The notes beneath the pieces are model-generated. The model worked only from the letters and a program-made list of their open reading frames with translations. It was not told the DNA's origin and searched no databases. Source: a candidate division NC10 bacterium CSP1-5 (GTDB taxonomy: Bacteria > Methylomirabilota > Methylomirabilia > Methylomirabilales > CSP1-5). From it: DNA of 64,000 nt. A program made the translations under genes and the position numbers. The DNA is taken from assembly GCA_001443495.1 (NCBI GenBank), contig LDXR01000008.1, forward strand, positions 61,176 through 125,175. Reading direction: 5' to 3'. Below, one piece after another: positions 18,456 to 28,242 of this stretch (positions are counted from its first letter, which is position 1; the number at the start of each line of letters is the position of its first letter).

Positions 18456-20885
18456 ATGGACACAGCGCTTCTCGACAGCTTTCGTCTCCGGTATCCATTC
18501 GCCCTTGATCCCTTTCAGGAGGAGGCGATCCGCTGCATCGTGGAGGGCGATTCGGTCATCGTCTCGGCACCGACGGGGGCGGGGAAGACCCTCATCGCGG
18601 AGTTCGCGATCTACAAGGCGCTGGCCACAGGAAGACGCATCGCCTACACGACCCCCCTCAAGGCCCTGAGCAACCAGAAGTTTGCCGATTTCTGCAAGCA
18701 GTACGGCGAGGAGTTCGTGGGGATCTTGACGGGAGATGTCAAGGTCAACCCGAGCGTCCCCCTGGTCGTGATGACCACGGAGATCCTCCGCAACAAGCTT
18801 TATACCCACTCGCTGGAGGATATCGCCTACGTGGTGCTGGACGAATGTCACTACATGGGAGACGAGGGACGGGGCACGGTGTGGGAGGAGATCATTATCA
18901 ATTGCCCTCGCGAGATCCAGCTCATCGCACTCTCGGCCACCGTGGGTAACATTGACGAAATCGCGGAGTGGATCAGCGGAGTCCACCGACCCATCAGGGT
19001 CGTGGTGCATCAGTGGCGTCCCGTCCCGCTCCACTACTACCTCTGTGGTCCAAAGGCAGAGATGGTCGAGGTCGATGGGCGTTCCCGCGCTCAACTGTAT
19101 CAGGCGGTGAGCTCCTGGGGAAGCATCCCCCGGGTTCGCATGCGGGGACGCCAGGATCGGGAGCGACGTCCGAGGCCCGTCCGGTGGCGGGTGAGCCCGT
19201 CGGCCCTAGTCCCGAGCCTGAAGACGCGAGGGTGGCTTCCGTCCATCTACTTCATCTTCAGCCGGGCCGGATGTGAAGAGTCCCTCCGACGGTTTTTGGA
19301 GGAAGGGCTCTCTCTGTTGAACGCCAAGCAGCAACAGGAGGCCGATGAGGCGACTGCGACCTTTGTCAGCGAGAATCCAACGCTCGTGAGTAAGTCGGAA
19401 CTGAACGCGTTGATCTTCGAGGGGCTTCGTCGAGGGACGGGGGTGCATCACGCCGGGATCCTTCCCGCCCTCAAGCGTCTGACCGAGACGTTATTCGAGC
19501 GGGGGCTGATCCAGGTGGTCTTTGCCACCGAGACGATGAGCCTCGGCATCCATATGCCGGCCAAGAGCGTCGTGATTCAGACCCTGACCAAGCGGAGCGA
19601 TGTCGGCTTCCGGACCTTGAGCCACAATGAGCTGACCCAGATGGCTGGCCGTGCCGGCCGGCGAGGAATCGATCCTGAGGGCAAGTGCGTTATTGGCCTC
19701 GACGGCCCGGAGGCTGTGGAAGAGACACTGCATCTCCTCCGGAAGCAATCGGAACCCATCGAGAGCCGGTTCCGGATCGGCTACAGCTCTGCCACCCTGC
19801 TGCTTCTCACCCACAGGGACCCTCTCGATATCCGGCGCAATATCGAGTCCAGCTTCGGTCAATTCCAGAATCGGAAGCGGATCCGGGCGATCGAGGAGCG
19901 GCTCAAAGGCCTCAGGGAGGGGCTTGAAGAAGGTCGGCGGGCCGATCTGCCCTGCTGCACGGTCGAAGAGCTCCTCACCTATCAGGAGAAGCGGCAGGAG
20001 GTAGAGTCGCTGAGGCAAGAACTTCATCAGCTCCGGATAGCGGAGGGCCCGGTGGCCCGGCGGGGGCGGAGACGACGGGGGCATGTTCATCGACGGGAAG
20101 AGGAGGGCAAGACCGTTTCGGTCCAGGACTACCTGGCGGCCAAGAGACGGATCGAGGAGAAAGCAGAGGCCCTCGGCGCTCTCTCCTGCCACAGTTGCCC
20201 GGAGCGGCGGCGGCTGGAAAAACTCCTCAAGAGGGAGCGACGGCTGAGAGAGACCATCCGGACCCAGATGGAAACCCTCGAGCATCTCCAAAATACGTAC
20301 TGGGAGCAGTTTCTGCGGGTCGTCGAGGTCCTCAAGCACTTTAACTGTCTGCGGAACGGAGCCCTCAACCACCAGGGGATGTTGGTCGCCTCCCTGCGCC
20401 ACGACAATGAGCTCTTGGTGGCCCGGGTCGTCTTCTCGGGAGTGCTGAGTGGGCTCAAGGCCCACGAGATGGTGGCCGTCCTCTCGTGTCTCGTGGAGGA
20501 ACCTCGCGAGACCGAGGCCCATTTCGCCCGACAACTTCTCAAGCGTGAGCGGCATCTCAGAGACCGGATCAGGCATATGGAGGTGTTGGCGCGGGAGGTG
20601 ATGGACGTCCAGCGCGCGCATCGAGTCTTTCTCCCGGTGTCCCTGCACACGACTTACCTTGCAGCGGCCTATGAGTGGGCGGCGGGGGAGGAGGATTGGG
20701 TATACTTGGTCGAGAGCCAATACGAAGGCCATGAAGGAGACCTGATCCGGGCCTTTCGGCGCCTCATCGATCTCTCGCGGCAACTCCTCGAGTCCTCCGA
20801 GCTGCCGCCAGCGCTCCGCGATGATCTGCGTGCGGGGGTGCGGGCCCTGGATCGAGGGATCGTCCTCGAGAGCGCGTTGATATAG
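18456..20885 (+). CDS. Ski2/HelY-like DEAD/DEAH-box helicase
   Basis: APTGAGKT, PLKALSNQK, DECH, LSAT, HHAG, QMAGRAGRRG; C-terminal DSHCT-like EGDLIR. Confidence 0.92.
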   Translation: MDTALLDSFRLRYPFALDPFQEEAIRCIVEGDSVIVSAPTGAGKTLIAEFAIYKALATGRRIAYTTPLKALSNQKFADFCKQYGEEFVGILTGDVKVNPSVPLVVMTTEILRNKLYTHSLEDIAYVVLDECHYMGDEGRGTVWEEIIINCPREIQLIALSATVGNIDEIAEWISGVHRPIRVVVHQWRPVPLHYYLCGPKAEMVEVDGRSRAQLYQAVSSWGSIPRVRMRGRQDRERRPRPVRWRVSPSALVPSLKTRGWLPSIYFIFSRAGCEESLRRFLEEGLSLLNAKQQQEADEATATFVSENPTLVSKSELNALIFEGLRRGTGVHHAGILPALKRLTETLFERGLIQVVFATETMSLGIHMPAKSVVIQTLTKRSDVGFRTLSHNELTQMAGRAGRRGIDPEGKCVIGLDGPEAVEETLHLLRKQSEPIESRFRIGYSSATLLLLTHRDPLDIRRNIESSFGQFQNRKRIRAIEERLKGLREGLEEGRRADLPCCTVEELLTYQEKRQEVESLRQELHQLRIAEGPVARRGRRRRGHVHRREEEGKTVSVQDYLAAKRRIEEKAEALGALSCHSCPERRRLEKLLKRERRLRETIRTQMETLEHLQNTYWEQFLRVVEVLKHFNCLRNGALNHQGMLVASLRHDNELLVARVVFSGVLSGLKAHEMVAVLSCLVEEPRETEAHFARQLLKRERHLRDRIRHMEVLAREVMDVQRAHRVFLPVSLHTTYLAAAYEWAAGEEDWVYLVESQYEGHEGDLIRAFRRLIDLSRQLLESSELPPALRDDLRAGVRALDRGIVLESALI

Positions 20886-20925
20886 ACGCAGATAGCAGTG
20901 TTCAGTACAAAGGGGTAGGAGTCCC

Positions 20926-22221
20926 GTGGTCAACCTCGTGTTTGCGGATCAGAGGGGACGGATGGCGGACCACCCGACCTTGGAGATGGGTGGGGCGTCC
21001 GGCGGCGACTGGGTTCGCGTTCCCGACAGGGAGCTGATCGCCTTGCCTGAGGGGGCGCGCCTCTTTACGATGCCCGGGGCGCACCCGGTCGGGTGGAATA
21101 CGGCGCTCTGCTCCTTCGAGGCGGTCCAGACGGTTGGCAGGCGGGAGGCGCTGGCGGTGGCGGCCTTCCTGCCGCCAGGGTACATGCGGACCCACCTACC
21201 GGCTACCTTCTCTCCCGATCCTTCCGCGGCACCCTACCTGCCCCTGTGGGCCTATACCGCCGTGGGGTGGAGGGACGGAGAGTTCGTCACTGCCGCGGTC
21301 CGGGTAGATTCGATGGACCACCAGGAGCCCTGGCAGTACGATGATCGGACACTCCTGCCCCTCATCAAAAAGCGCCTGGCCGAGCAGCCGAACAACCGCG
21401 TCTGGCATCAGATCAAGCGTTGCGCCACAGAGTACCACTGCCTCTGTGCCAAGAACGGATTCTACCGGCGATGGGAGGCGCCGCTCCCCATCGCCTTCGC
21501 CTGTAACGCGGACTGCGTGGGATGCATCTCGCTCCAGCCCGACGGGCTCGTTCCGGCATCCCATGAGCGCGTGGCCTTCGCACCGACGCTTGAGGAGCTC
21601 TGTGCGGTGGCGCTGCCGCATCTGACCGAAGCGGAGGAGGGCATCGTCAGCTTTGGACAGGGTTGCGACGGAGAGCCGCTGTTGCAGGGGGACCTGATCG
21701 AGGCGGTGATTCGGCGCGTGAGGGCTGAGACCGACCGGGGAACGATTCATCTGAACACGAACGGCTCCCTGCCTCGGGTCGTCGAACGCCTGTGTCAAGC
21801 GGGCCTGGACGGCATTCGGGTCAGCCTGAACTCGACCCAGCCGGACCTCTATGCGGCCTACTATCGGCCCCGGCACTACGGCTTGGCGGACGTGATCGCC
21901 TCGATCCGGATGGCCAAGGACCTTGGCTGCTACGCCGCGATTAACCTGCTGGTGTTCCCCGGAGTCTCGGACCGGGAGGAAGAGGTTGAGGGGCTCCTTC
22001 GTTTGGTCGCCGAGACGGGGCTCGACCTCATCCAGATGAAGAACCTCAACATCGATCCCCGCAGGTACCTGGAAGGCTTGCCCCCACGCCGTGGCCGGGC
22101 CATCGGGATGCGGGAGCTTTTGCGGACGATCCGGCTCGAAGCCCCGCACATTGACTTAGGATATTTCAACCGGTCCAAGGAGCATTTCGACCGCTCCTTC
22201 TCGCGGGCCCTTGTATTCTGA
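20926..22221 (+). CDS. Radical SAM protein of unknown function
   Basis: CNADCVGC CxxxCxxC motif, SFGQGCDGEPL, NTNGS. Confidence 0.85.
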   Translation: MVNLVFADQRGRMADHPTLEMGGASGGDWVRVPDRELIALPEGARLFTMPGAHPVGWNTALCSFEAVQTVGRREALAVAAFLPPGYMRTHLPATFSPDPSAAPYLPLWAYTAVGWRDGEFVTAAVRVDSMDHQEPWQYDDRTLLPLIKKRLAEQPNNRVWHQIKRCATEYHCLCAKNGFYRRWEAPLPIAFACNADCVGCISLQPDGLVPASHERVAFAPTLEELCAVALPHLTEAEEGIVSFGQGCDGEPLLQGDLIEAVIRRVRAETDRGTIHLNTNGSLPRVVERLCQAGLDGIRVSLNSTQPDLYAAYYRPRHYGLADVIASIRMAKDLGCYAAINLLVFPGVSDREEEVEGLLRLVAETGLDLIQMKNLNIDPRRYLEGLPPRRGRAIGMRELLRTIRLEAPHIDLGYFNRSKEHFDRSFSRALVF

Positions 22222-22870
22222 GATGGGGATCCCGATTTATGAAAGGCAGAAGGGCTTCTTCCGCCGGGCGTACGAGGCGGGGGAGACGCCCTGGCCACGC
22301 TTCAGGCCGACCCCGGCGGTCGTGCATCTCGCTCGGCGCCTCAGGCGCGAACGGGGACGGGCACGGGTCCTCGATATCGGCTGCGGCGAGGGGCGCCACA
22401 TGATCTGCCTGGGCCAGGCAGGACACCGGGTGGTGGGCGTCGACTATGAGCGGCTCGCCTTGACGAAGGCCCGCGCGCGAACGGATGCCAGGCCGATCCG
22501 GCCGCGCCTGACCTTTGCGCTCGCCGATGCCTTTTGTCTTCCCTTTCGCGAGGCAAGCTTTGACGCCGTGCTCGATTCCGGCTGCTTCCACCATGTGAAG
22601 AAGGCCGACTGGTCCCGGTATCTGGCCGGCCTCACGGCGCTTCTGAGGCCCGGCGGCTACCTTCACCTGACCACCTTCAGCACGCGCTTCAAGCACTACC
22701 CGGGCGAGCGCCGCAGCCGGAACTGGCTCGTCCACCGGAATCACTACGACCACTTTTTTCGCAAGGCTGACTTTGCGCGGATTTTCGGGAAGAGGTACGA
22801 GATTCTCAAGATCGAGGAGGAGCGCCAGAAGCTTCATGCCTTCTGGCACGTCCTCTTACGGAAGCGTTGA
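22211..22870 (+). CDS. Class I SAM-dependent methyltransferase
   Basis: VLDIGCGEGRH, FDAVLDSGCFHH, LRPGG. Confidence 0.85.
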   Translation: MYSEMGIPIYERQKGFFRRAYEAGETPWPRFRPTPAVVHLARRLRRERGRARVLDIGCGEGRHMICLGQAGHRVVGVDYERLALTKARARTDARPIRPRLTFALADAFCLPFREASFDAVLDSGCFHHVKKADWSRYLAGLTALLRPGGYLHLTTFSTRFKHYPGERRSRNWLVHRNHYDHFFRKADFARIFGKRYEILKIEEERQKLHAFWHVLLRKR

Positions 22871-22987
22871 CCGATGACCGTTGTCCGATGACGGAAGGAA
22901 CCCGGTGACCGGCGACCGCAAAGACTCGATGACCGAGAAACCCTCTGGTCCCTAACGGTCATCGGATTTCGGTCAACGGTCGTCGAA
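22868..22987. repeat. Inverted heptamer repeat array between convergent genes
   Basis: TGACCGA TGACCGT TGTCCGA TGACGGA ... CGGTCAT CGGATTT CGGTCAA CGGTCGT. Confidence 0.8.
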
Positions 22988-22988
22988 C

Positions 22989-23540
22989 CTAGCCGCCCTC
23001 GACCCGGGGCTCATACTCCCGATGGGGGTCAGGGGGAAGGGTCAGGATCTGCTGGGCGATGAAGGAGACGATGTAGTCGTTCACGTCCTTCACCGATACG
23101 ATCCCCACCGGGCGGTACTCGTTGTCCACGAGAGGGACATGGCGGAAACCGCCGAGATGCATCGTATGGATTGCATAGGCAATCACGTCGTCGAGCTTGA
23201 GCACCTCGGGGTTGCGCGTCATATACTTCTCTACCGTCACTTCGTTTAGATTCACATCCGTCCCTAGGACCTTTTTCAGGATGTCCCGCTCCGAAAGGAT
23301 CCCGATCAGCCTTTCGCCCTCCTGGATCATCACTGCGCCGACGCTGTGCTGCTGCATCAGCTTGACCGCCGCGGCAAGTTTCGCTGTGCGCTGGACGCAC
23401 AGGGGGGGATGGTAATGCAGGTCACGGATGGGACGGTTGAAGATCCCTTCATCGACGGTGATCCGGGGTTGCGCCCTCTCTTCACTGACGATCAGATATT
23501 CGTCCTGATTCTCCTTGTCGGTTTCATCAGGGTCTCCCAT
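22989..23540 (-). CDS. CBS domain pair protein
   Basis: LIGILSERDIL, MTRNPEVL, GFRHVPLVD, GIVSVKD. Confidence 0.88.
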   Translation of the reverse strand: MGDPDETDKENQDEYLIVSEERAQPRITVDEGIFNRPIRDLHYHPPLCVQRTAKLAAAVKLMQQHSVGAVMIQEGERLIGILSERDILKKVLGTDVNLNEVTVEKYMTRNPEVLKLDDVIAYAIHTMHLGGFRHVPLVDNEYRPVGIVSVKDVNDYIVSFIAQQILTLPPDPHREYEPRVEGG

Positions 23541-23784
23541 GGAAACCTCCCCTGGGACTCGCGGCTGTCCCTTTGAGCTCTTTCTCTCAGTAGGTCGTCC
23601 TGCCCTTTAGTCCTACATAGCACGTTTGCCTCTCCCTCTCAACTGCTTTGTCCGATGCCCCGCACTGCCGGGACCTGTTTGGGGATTCGCCGCCCGCCAT
23701 CCATCCGCGGAGGGCGGGCTCGCCGCTTTGTCCTTGAAAAAGCAACGAAAGTGGTTAAGATGAGCCCTCGATATCCGCAGGAGA

Positions 23785-24660
23785 GTGACCATGGACGGGA
23801 ATCCGAGAATTACGCCGGTGGATCTCATCACCTATCTGGCGCTCCTCGTTTTGATGCTCACCACGGTGGTGACGCTGCCTGCGAATCCCCACGGACCGGT
23901 CCTTTTGGCGAAATACAGTGGCCTCGCCGCTGTTCTCACTCTCCTCTGGTGGCTGGATCGGAGACAGATCTGGATCGTGCGGGCGCTCCACGCCTTCTAC
24001 CCTCTCATCTTCATTCCGATCCTCTTCGATAGCTTTGCCGATCTCCTCCCGTGGGCGAGCCCGAGCGCACGGGACCCGTTCCTCATCCGATTGGATCACG
24101 CCGTCCTGGGTACCCATCCCACCGTCTGGCTCGAGCGGTTCAGCCACCCTGTGCTCACGGAAGTCCTGACGTGGGCCTACACATCCTACTACGTTCTTCC
24201 CTTCATCCTGGCCGTTGCCATTTACCGGCGAGGAAAGACAGAAGACTTTGACCGGGCAGTCTGTGGGCTGGTCCTCTGCTATTACCTCTCGTACGTCGGT
24301 TACTTTCTGGTTCCTGCCGTTGGGCCTCGGTTTACACTGGCCCATCTGCAACACATTGACCTTCCCGGGGTCTTCCTGGCGGACACGATCCGGGATACCC
24401 TCAACGTCCTTGAGCGCTTCAAGCAGGATGCCTTCCCGAGTGGTCACACCGCCATCGTCCTCGTGGTCCTCTCTTACGCGCGGCGGTTCGACCGTGGTCT
24501 CTTCTGGATATTCCTGCCGATGGTGGTTGCCCTGATCTTCTCCACCGTGTACCTCCGCTATCACTATGTTGTGGATGTCCTGGCGGGGATCCTGCTGGCC
24601 GCCCTGTGTCCGGTCCTGGAGCGCGTGACGTTCGCCCTCTGGCGGCCGGACAACGGATGA
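23785..24660 (+). CDS. PAP2 superfamily membrane protein, Aur1/IPC-synthase-like
   Basis: YTSYY, VPAVGPR, DAFPSGH, YLRYHYVVD motifs; multiple TM helices. Confidence 0.8.
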   Translation: MTMDGNPRITPVDLITYLALLVLMLTTVVTLPANPHGPVLLAKYSGLAAVLTLLWWLDRRQIWIVRALHAFYPLIFIPILFDSFADLLPWASPSARDPFLIRLDHAVLGTHPTVWLERFSHPVLTEVLTWAYTSYYVLPFILAVAIYRRGKTEDFDRAVCGLVLCYYLSYVGYFLVPAVGPRFTLAHLQHIDLPGVFLADTIRDTLNVLERFKQDAFPSGHTAIVLVVLSYARRFDRGLFWIFLPMVVALIFSTVYLRYHYVVDVLAGILLAALCPVLERVTFALWRPDNG

Positions 24661-24781
24661 CCGACGACCGCAAGGCGATGGGCGACGACAGAGTGCTGAC
24701 TACCGGTCTCTACTGTCATCCGTCATCGGTGACCGGTCATCACGTTCTTTGGTCATCGGTCACCGGACGACGGTCATCGGC
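24658..24781. repeat. Inverted heptamer repeat array between convergent genes
   Basis: TGACCGA CGACCGC ... TGTCATC CGTCATC GGTGACC GGTCATC ... GGTCATC GGTCACC GGACGAC GGTCATC. Confidence 0.8.
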
Positions 24782-24782
24782 C

Positions 24783-25886
24783 TTACAGAGGCAGTTCGTA
24801 GATCCGGTACCGCTTGTACGGGACGCCCCCCCACCGCTCCACGAGCCGGAGGACGATCCAGTTATCCTCCAGCACCCATGAGATCTCAGCGTGGATGAAC
24901 CCCCGCTGGTTCAGAGCACGCGTGGCGAAGAAATAGAGGAGCGCGTCGACCCCTTTGCCCCGGTACTCGGGTCTGACGCCCAGGAGGATGAGGCGTGCGT
25001 CACGGATGCGACGGCGGTACCAGAGGAACTTCAGCAGGCCGACCGGTCCGAGGCGACCGTTGAGGTGGCGGAGGACCTGGTTGTAGTCGGGGAGGAGTAT
25101 GAGAAATCCGATGGGGCACCTTTCGACCTCGGCAATTAGCGCGAGTGAAGGCACGAGCAAGGGCTTCAGGTGCTTGGCCATCCACCGGGCCTCAGCGTGC
25201 GTCATCGGGGTGAAGCCCCAGTTGTCCTGCCAGGCGATGTTGTATAGCTCGCGGAAGATCTCGACCTCCTCGTGCAGTCGCTTCAGATTCATAGGGCGGA
25301 CCCGGATGCCCTTTTGCTCCGCCCCTGCGGCGAACCGGGCCATCTTGGGGGGGAGGGTCTTCGGGATCACGACGCGGTATGCCAGCAGGTCCTTCGCCTT
25401 GCGGAATCCGGCTGCCTCGAGGAGGGCCTGGTAGCGCGGGGGATTATACGGCATCAGGAAGGTGGGTGGGGAGTCAAAGCCCTCGACCAGGAGGCCGCAC
25501 GGGTTGTGCATCGAGGGATTGACCGGCCCGCGGATTGCCCGCATCCCCTTTCCGCGGAGGAACTCCTGCGCCGCTGCCAAGAGCCCTGCCGTGATTCCCC
25601 CGTCGCCGAGGCATTCGAAGAAGCCGAAGAAGCCGACCGGGTCATGATGGAATTCGAGAAAGTGCCGGTCCAGAATCGCGGCGATCCGGCCCACAACCTG
25701 GTCACCTTCCCTGGCTAGGAAGAGACGGATCTCGGCTTTCTCAAAGAAGGGGTGTTGGCCGGTAAGGAGCTGGCGCTGCTCTAGGAGGAGGAGGGGGACC
25801 CAGTGGGGATCACCCCGATAAATGCGCCACGGAAGGTGGAGGAAGAGCTGGAGATCCCGGTCGGTGGTGACAGGCAAGACCTCCAC
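24783..25886 (-). CDS. GNAT-fold protein, probable bacterial ceramide synthase (bCerS-like)
   Basis: LPWRIY..DPHWVP, HPFF, GRIAAI, GFFGFFE, GLLVEGF..PP..MPYNPP.Y, AWQDNWGF.P, SWVLEDN; operon with an SPT-like gene. Confidence 0.72.
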   Translation of the reverse strand: MEVLPVTTDRDLQLFLHLPWRIYRGDPHWVPLLLLEQRQLLTGQHPFFEKAEIRLFLAREGDQVVGRIAAILDRHFLEFHHDPVGFFGFFECLGDGGITAGLLAAAQEFLRGKGMRAIRGPVNPSMHNPCGLLVEGFDSPPTFLMPYNPPRYQALLEAAGFRKAKDLLAYRVVIPKTLPPKMARFAAGAEQKGIRVRPMNLKRLHEEVEIFRELYNIAWQDNWGFTPMTHAEARWMAKHLKPLLVPSLALIAEVERCPIGFLILLPDYNQVLRHLNGRLGPVGLLKFLWYRRRIRDARLILLGVRPEYRGKGVDALLYFFATRALNQRGFIHAEISWVLEDNWIVLRLVERWGGVPYKRYRIYELPL

Positions 25887-25888
25887 GG

Positions 25889-27067
25889 TCAGATAGCCCC
25901 GAGTTCCCTCCTGACGGCGCGAAAGGCCTCCAGGACCCGATCGATATGGGCGTCCGTATGAGTGGCCATATAGCTCGAGCGGATGAGGGCTCGCCCCTCG
26001 GGGACGGCGGGGCTCACGCTCACGTTGGCGAAGACCCCCTGTTCGTAGAGGGCGCGTCCCATCCGGAAGGCGTGCAGGTCGTCGCCGAGCAGGACCGGGA
26101 CGATGGGCGTTTCGCTCAGCCCCGTGTCAAACCCCATCCCTTTCAGGCCCTCTCGCACCCGCTGCGCATTCTTCCAGAGCTGCGTGCGTCGCTCTGGCTC
26201 ACGCTCGATCACCTCCAGGGCAGCCCCGATGGTGGCCACACAGGCGGGGGGGAGGGAGGCGCTGAATATCATGGAACGGGCCTTATGCTTGACGTAGTGG
26301 ATTACCTCGTGGCTCGAGGCGATGAAACCTCCCACTGACGCCAGGGCCTTGCTGCACGTCCCCATGACGATGTCCACTTCCTCTTCGAGCCCGAAGTGTT
26401 CCGCAGTCCCGCGGCCCTCCTTGCCAAGCACGCCGGTGGCGTGGGCGTCGTCCACCATCACCCTGGCCCCGTATTCTCGGGCGAGGCGAACGATTCCCGG
26501 GAGGTTGACGATATCTCCCTCCATGCTGAAGACCCCGTCCACGACGATCAGCTTCCCCTTATCAGGGTGAGCGGCCAGGATGCGCTCGAGATCTTCCATG
26601 TCGTTGTGCCGGTACTTCAGGATCTGGCCAAAAGAGAGGCGACAGCCGTCGATGATGCTGGCGTGGTTCCACCGGTCGATGATGACTACATCGTCTTTGC
26701 CGACCAGGGCCGAGATGACGCCCAGGTTCGTCTGAAACCCGGTCGAAAAGAGGAGGGCGGCCTCTCTCCCCTTGAACTTGGCGAGCTGGGCTTCGACCTC
26801 GGTGTGAAGATCCATGGTGCCGTTGAGGAACCGGGAGCCGGCGCATCCGGTCCCGTATTTCTCCACCGCCCGGATCGCCGCCTCCTTGATGCTTGGGTGC
26901 GAGGTGAGTCCCAGGTAGTTGTTGGACCCCACCATGATCATTCGTCGCCCGTCCACGACGACCTCGGGGTCCTGAGCCGATCGGATCACTTGGAAGTATG
27001 GGTAGAGCCCGGCCGCCATTACCTGCTTGGCGTCGGTGTATGCGTAACATTTGTCGAAGATGTCCAT
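25889..27067 (-). CDS. spt: Alpha-oxoamine synthase, probable serine palmitoyltransferase
   Basis: GLYPYF N-terminus, GSNNYLGL, GTGCAGSRFLNGT, NHASIIDG, VDGVFSMEGD, DDAH, GTCSK (PLP lysine). Confidence 0.75.
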   Translation of the reverse strand: MDIFDKCYAYTDAKQVMAAGLYPYFQVIRSAQDPEVVVDGRRMIMVGSNNYLGLTSHPSIKEAAIRAVEKYGTGCAGSRFLNGTMDLHTEVEAQLAKFKGREAALLFSTGFQTNLGVISALVGKDDVVIIDRWNHASIIDGCRLSFGQILKYRHNDMEDLERILAAHPDKGKLIVVDGVFSMEGDIVNLPGIVRLAREYGARVMVDDAHATGVLGKEGRGTAEHFGLEEEVDIVMGTCSKALASVGGFIASSHEVIHYVKHKARSMIFSASLPPACVATIGAALEVIEREPERRTQLWKNAQRVREGLKGMGFDTGLSETPIVPVLLGDDLHAFRMGRALYEQGVFANVSVSPAVPEGRALIRSSYMATHTDAHIDRVLEAFRAVRRELGAI

Positions 27068-27076
27068 GGCCCCCCT

Positions 27077-28048
27077 TTACAACCAGCCGTGACTCTGATA
27101 CCACTCGGCCACCCGTTGCGCTCCCACGTCCAGGGGAACGGAGGTGGTGAAACCCAGTTCGTGTGAGGCCTTGCTCGGGTCGCAGACCCAGTACCGCTGC
27201 CGCATCTCACAGGCCTTGTCTCGGTTGAGCAGGGGCGGGACTCCCGCAAGGCGGGCGATCCCCTCCCAGGCCCAAGCGGCGCCAGCGAGGAGGGCAGAGG
27301 GAACGGGAACGGTCATTGGCCGGACGCCCAGGGCCGCCGCGATGGCCTGCGATATCTCTTCCCAGGACCGAGGAGATTTTTCTCCAAGGTAGTATATCTC
27401 CTGGTCCCTGCCGCGCTCGGCCGCCAGGGTGACCCCGCGGATCAGGTCCTCCACGTAGCACAGGCTAAAGGCCCGCCTCCCGCTCAAGCGAAACGCCATC
27501 CGCCGTTTGGCCAGTCGATAAAAAACCAAAAGATCCCGGTCCCGCGGACCATAGATCACCGGGGCCCGCACAATCACCCACGGAATCGCCCCCCCGACTT
27601 GCTCCAGGGCCTTCTCCCCTTGCAGCTTGCTCCGGCCGTAGTGACTCACAGGTTGGGGAGGGTCCGACTCCCGCAGCGGAACTCCATCCCGGCTCGGACC
27701 GGCTGCCGCCAGGCTGCTCAGATACACCAGTCGGGGTGGCTGTGTCCGTCCGGCCAGGATCGCCACCAAGTTGGCCGTGCCCTCCCCGTTGACCCGATAG
27801 TACTCGTCGCGCTCCAGCGCCTTGGTGAGTCCGGCCACGTGAAAGACCCAGTCAAAGTTGTCATCGAGGCGCCCACCGAGTTCGGGGTCTGTGCAATCAC
27901 CTTCGATGACCCTGACCTGTAGGCCTTCGAGCCAGCGGAGGCGGCTCTGGCTTCGGGCCAGGCAGGTGACCTCGTCTCCTCGGTGCAGCAGGTATTCCAC
28001 CAAGTGGCTGCCGATGAACCCGGTCGCGCCCGTGATCAAGGCCTTCAC
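27077..28048 (-). CDS. NAD-dependent epimerase/dehydratase (extended SDR), probable ceramide reductase CerR-like
   Basis: ITGATGFIG, HVAG, SSLAA, YGRSK, IYGPRD; first gene of the spt operon. Confidence 0.7.
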   Translation of the reverse strand: MKALITGATGFIGSHLVEYLLHRGDEVTCLARSQSRLRWLEGLQVRVIEGDCTDPELGGRLDDNFDWVFHVAGLTKALERDEYYRVNGEGTANLVAILAGRTQPPRLVYLSSLAAAGPSRDGVPLRESDPPQPVSHYGRSKLQGEKALEQVGGAIPWVIVRAPVIYGPRDRDLLVFYRLAKRRMAFRLSGRRAFSLCYVEDLIRGVTLAAERGRDQEIYYLGEKSPRSWEEISQAIAAALGVRPMTVPVPSALLAGAAWAWEGIARLAGVPPLLNRDKACEMRQRYWVCDPSKASHELGFTTSVPLDVGAQRVAEWYQSHGWL

Positions 28049-28242
28049 GCTGCCCCGCGTCCCTCCGGGTTGATAATCCACCCCTGCCGGGGTGAGGCGG
28101 CCCGAAACGAGGCTCTATTCTATGGCAACTGCCTTTTCCAAGGCAAGCAGGAACACACAAAGGGCCTTGGGGCCGGCAGGGGAGCCGGCGCGGTCCCTCC
28201 ACAAGATCCAAAGCCGCCTGTCAGCCGGCTGCATCACCATGG

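Noticed and set aside
19491-20933. 480-aa antisense ORF
   Set aside because: Shadow of the helicase gene in GC-rich DNA; no motifs
25889-27067. Calling the alpha-oxoamine synthase BioF because bioB is nearby
   Set aside because: bioB is about 7.5 kb away in a separate unit; the N-terminus and the SDR/GNAT neighbours fit SPT better
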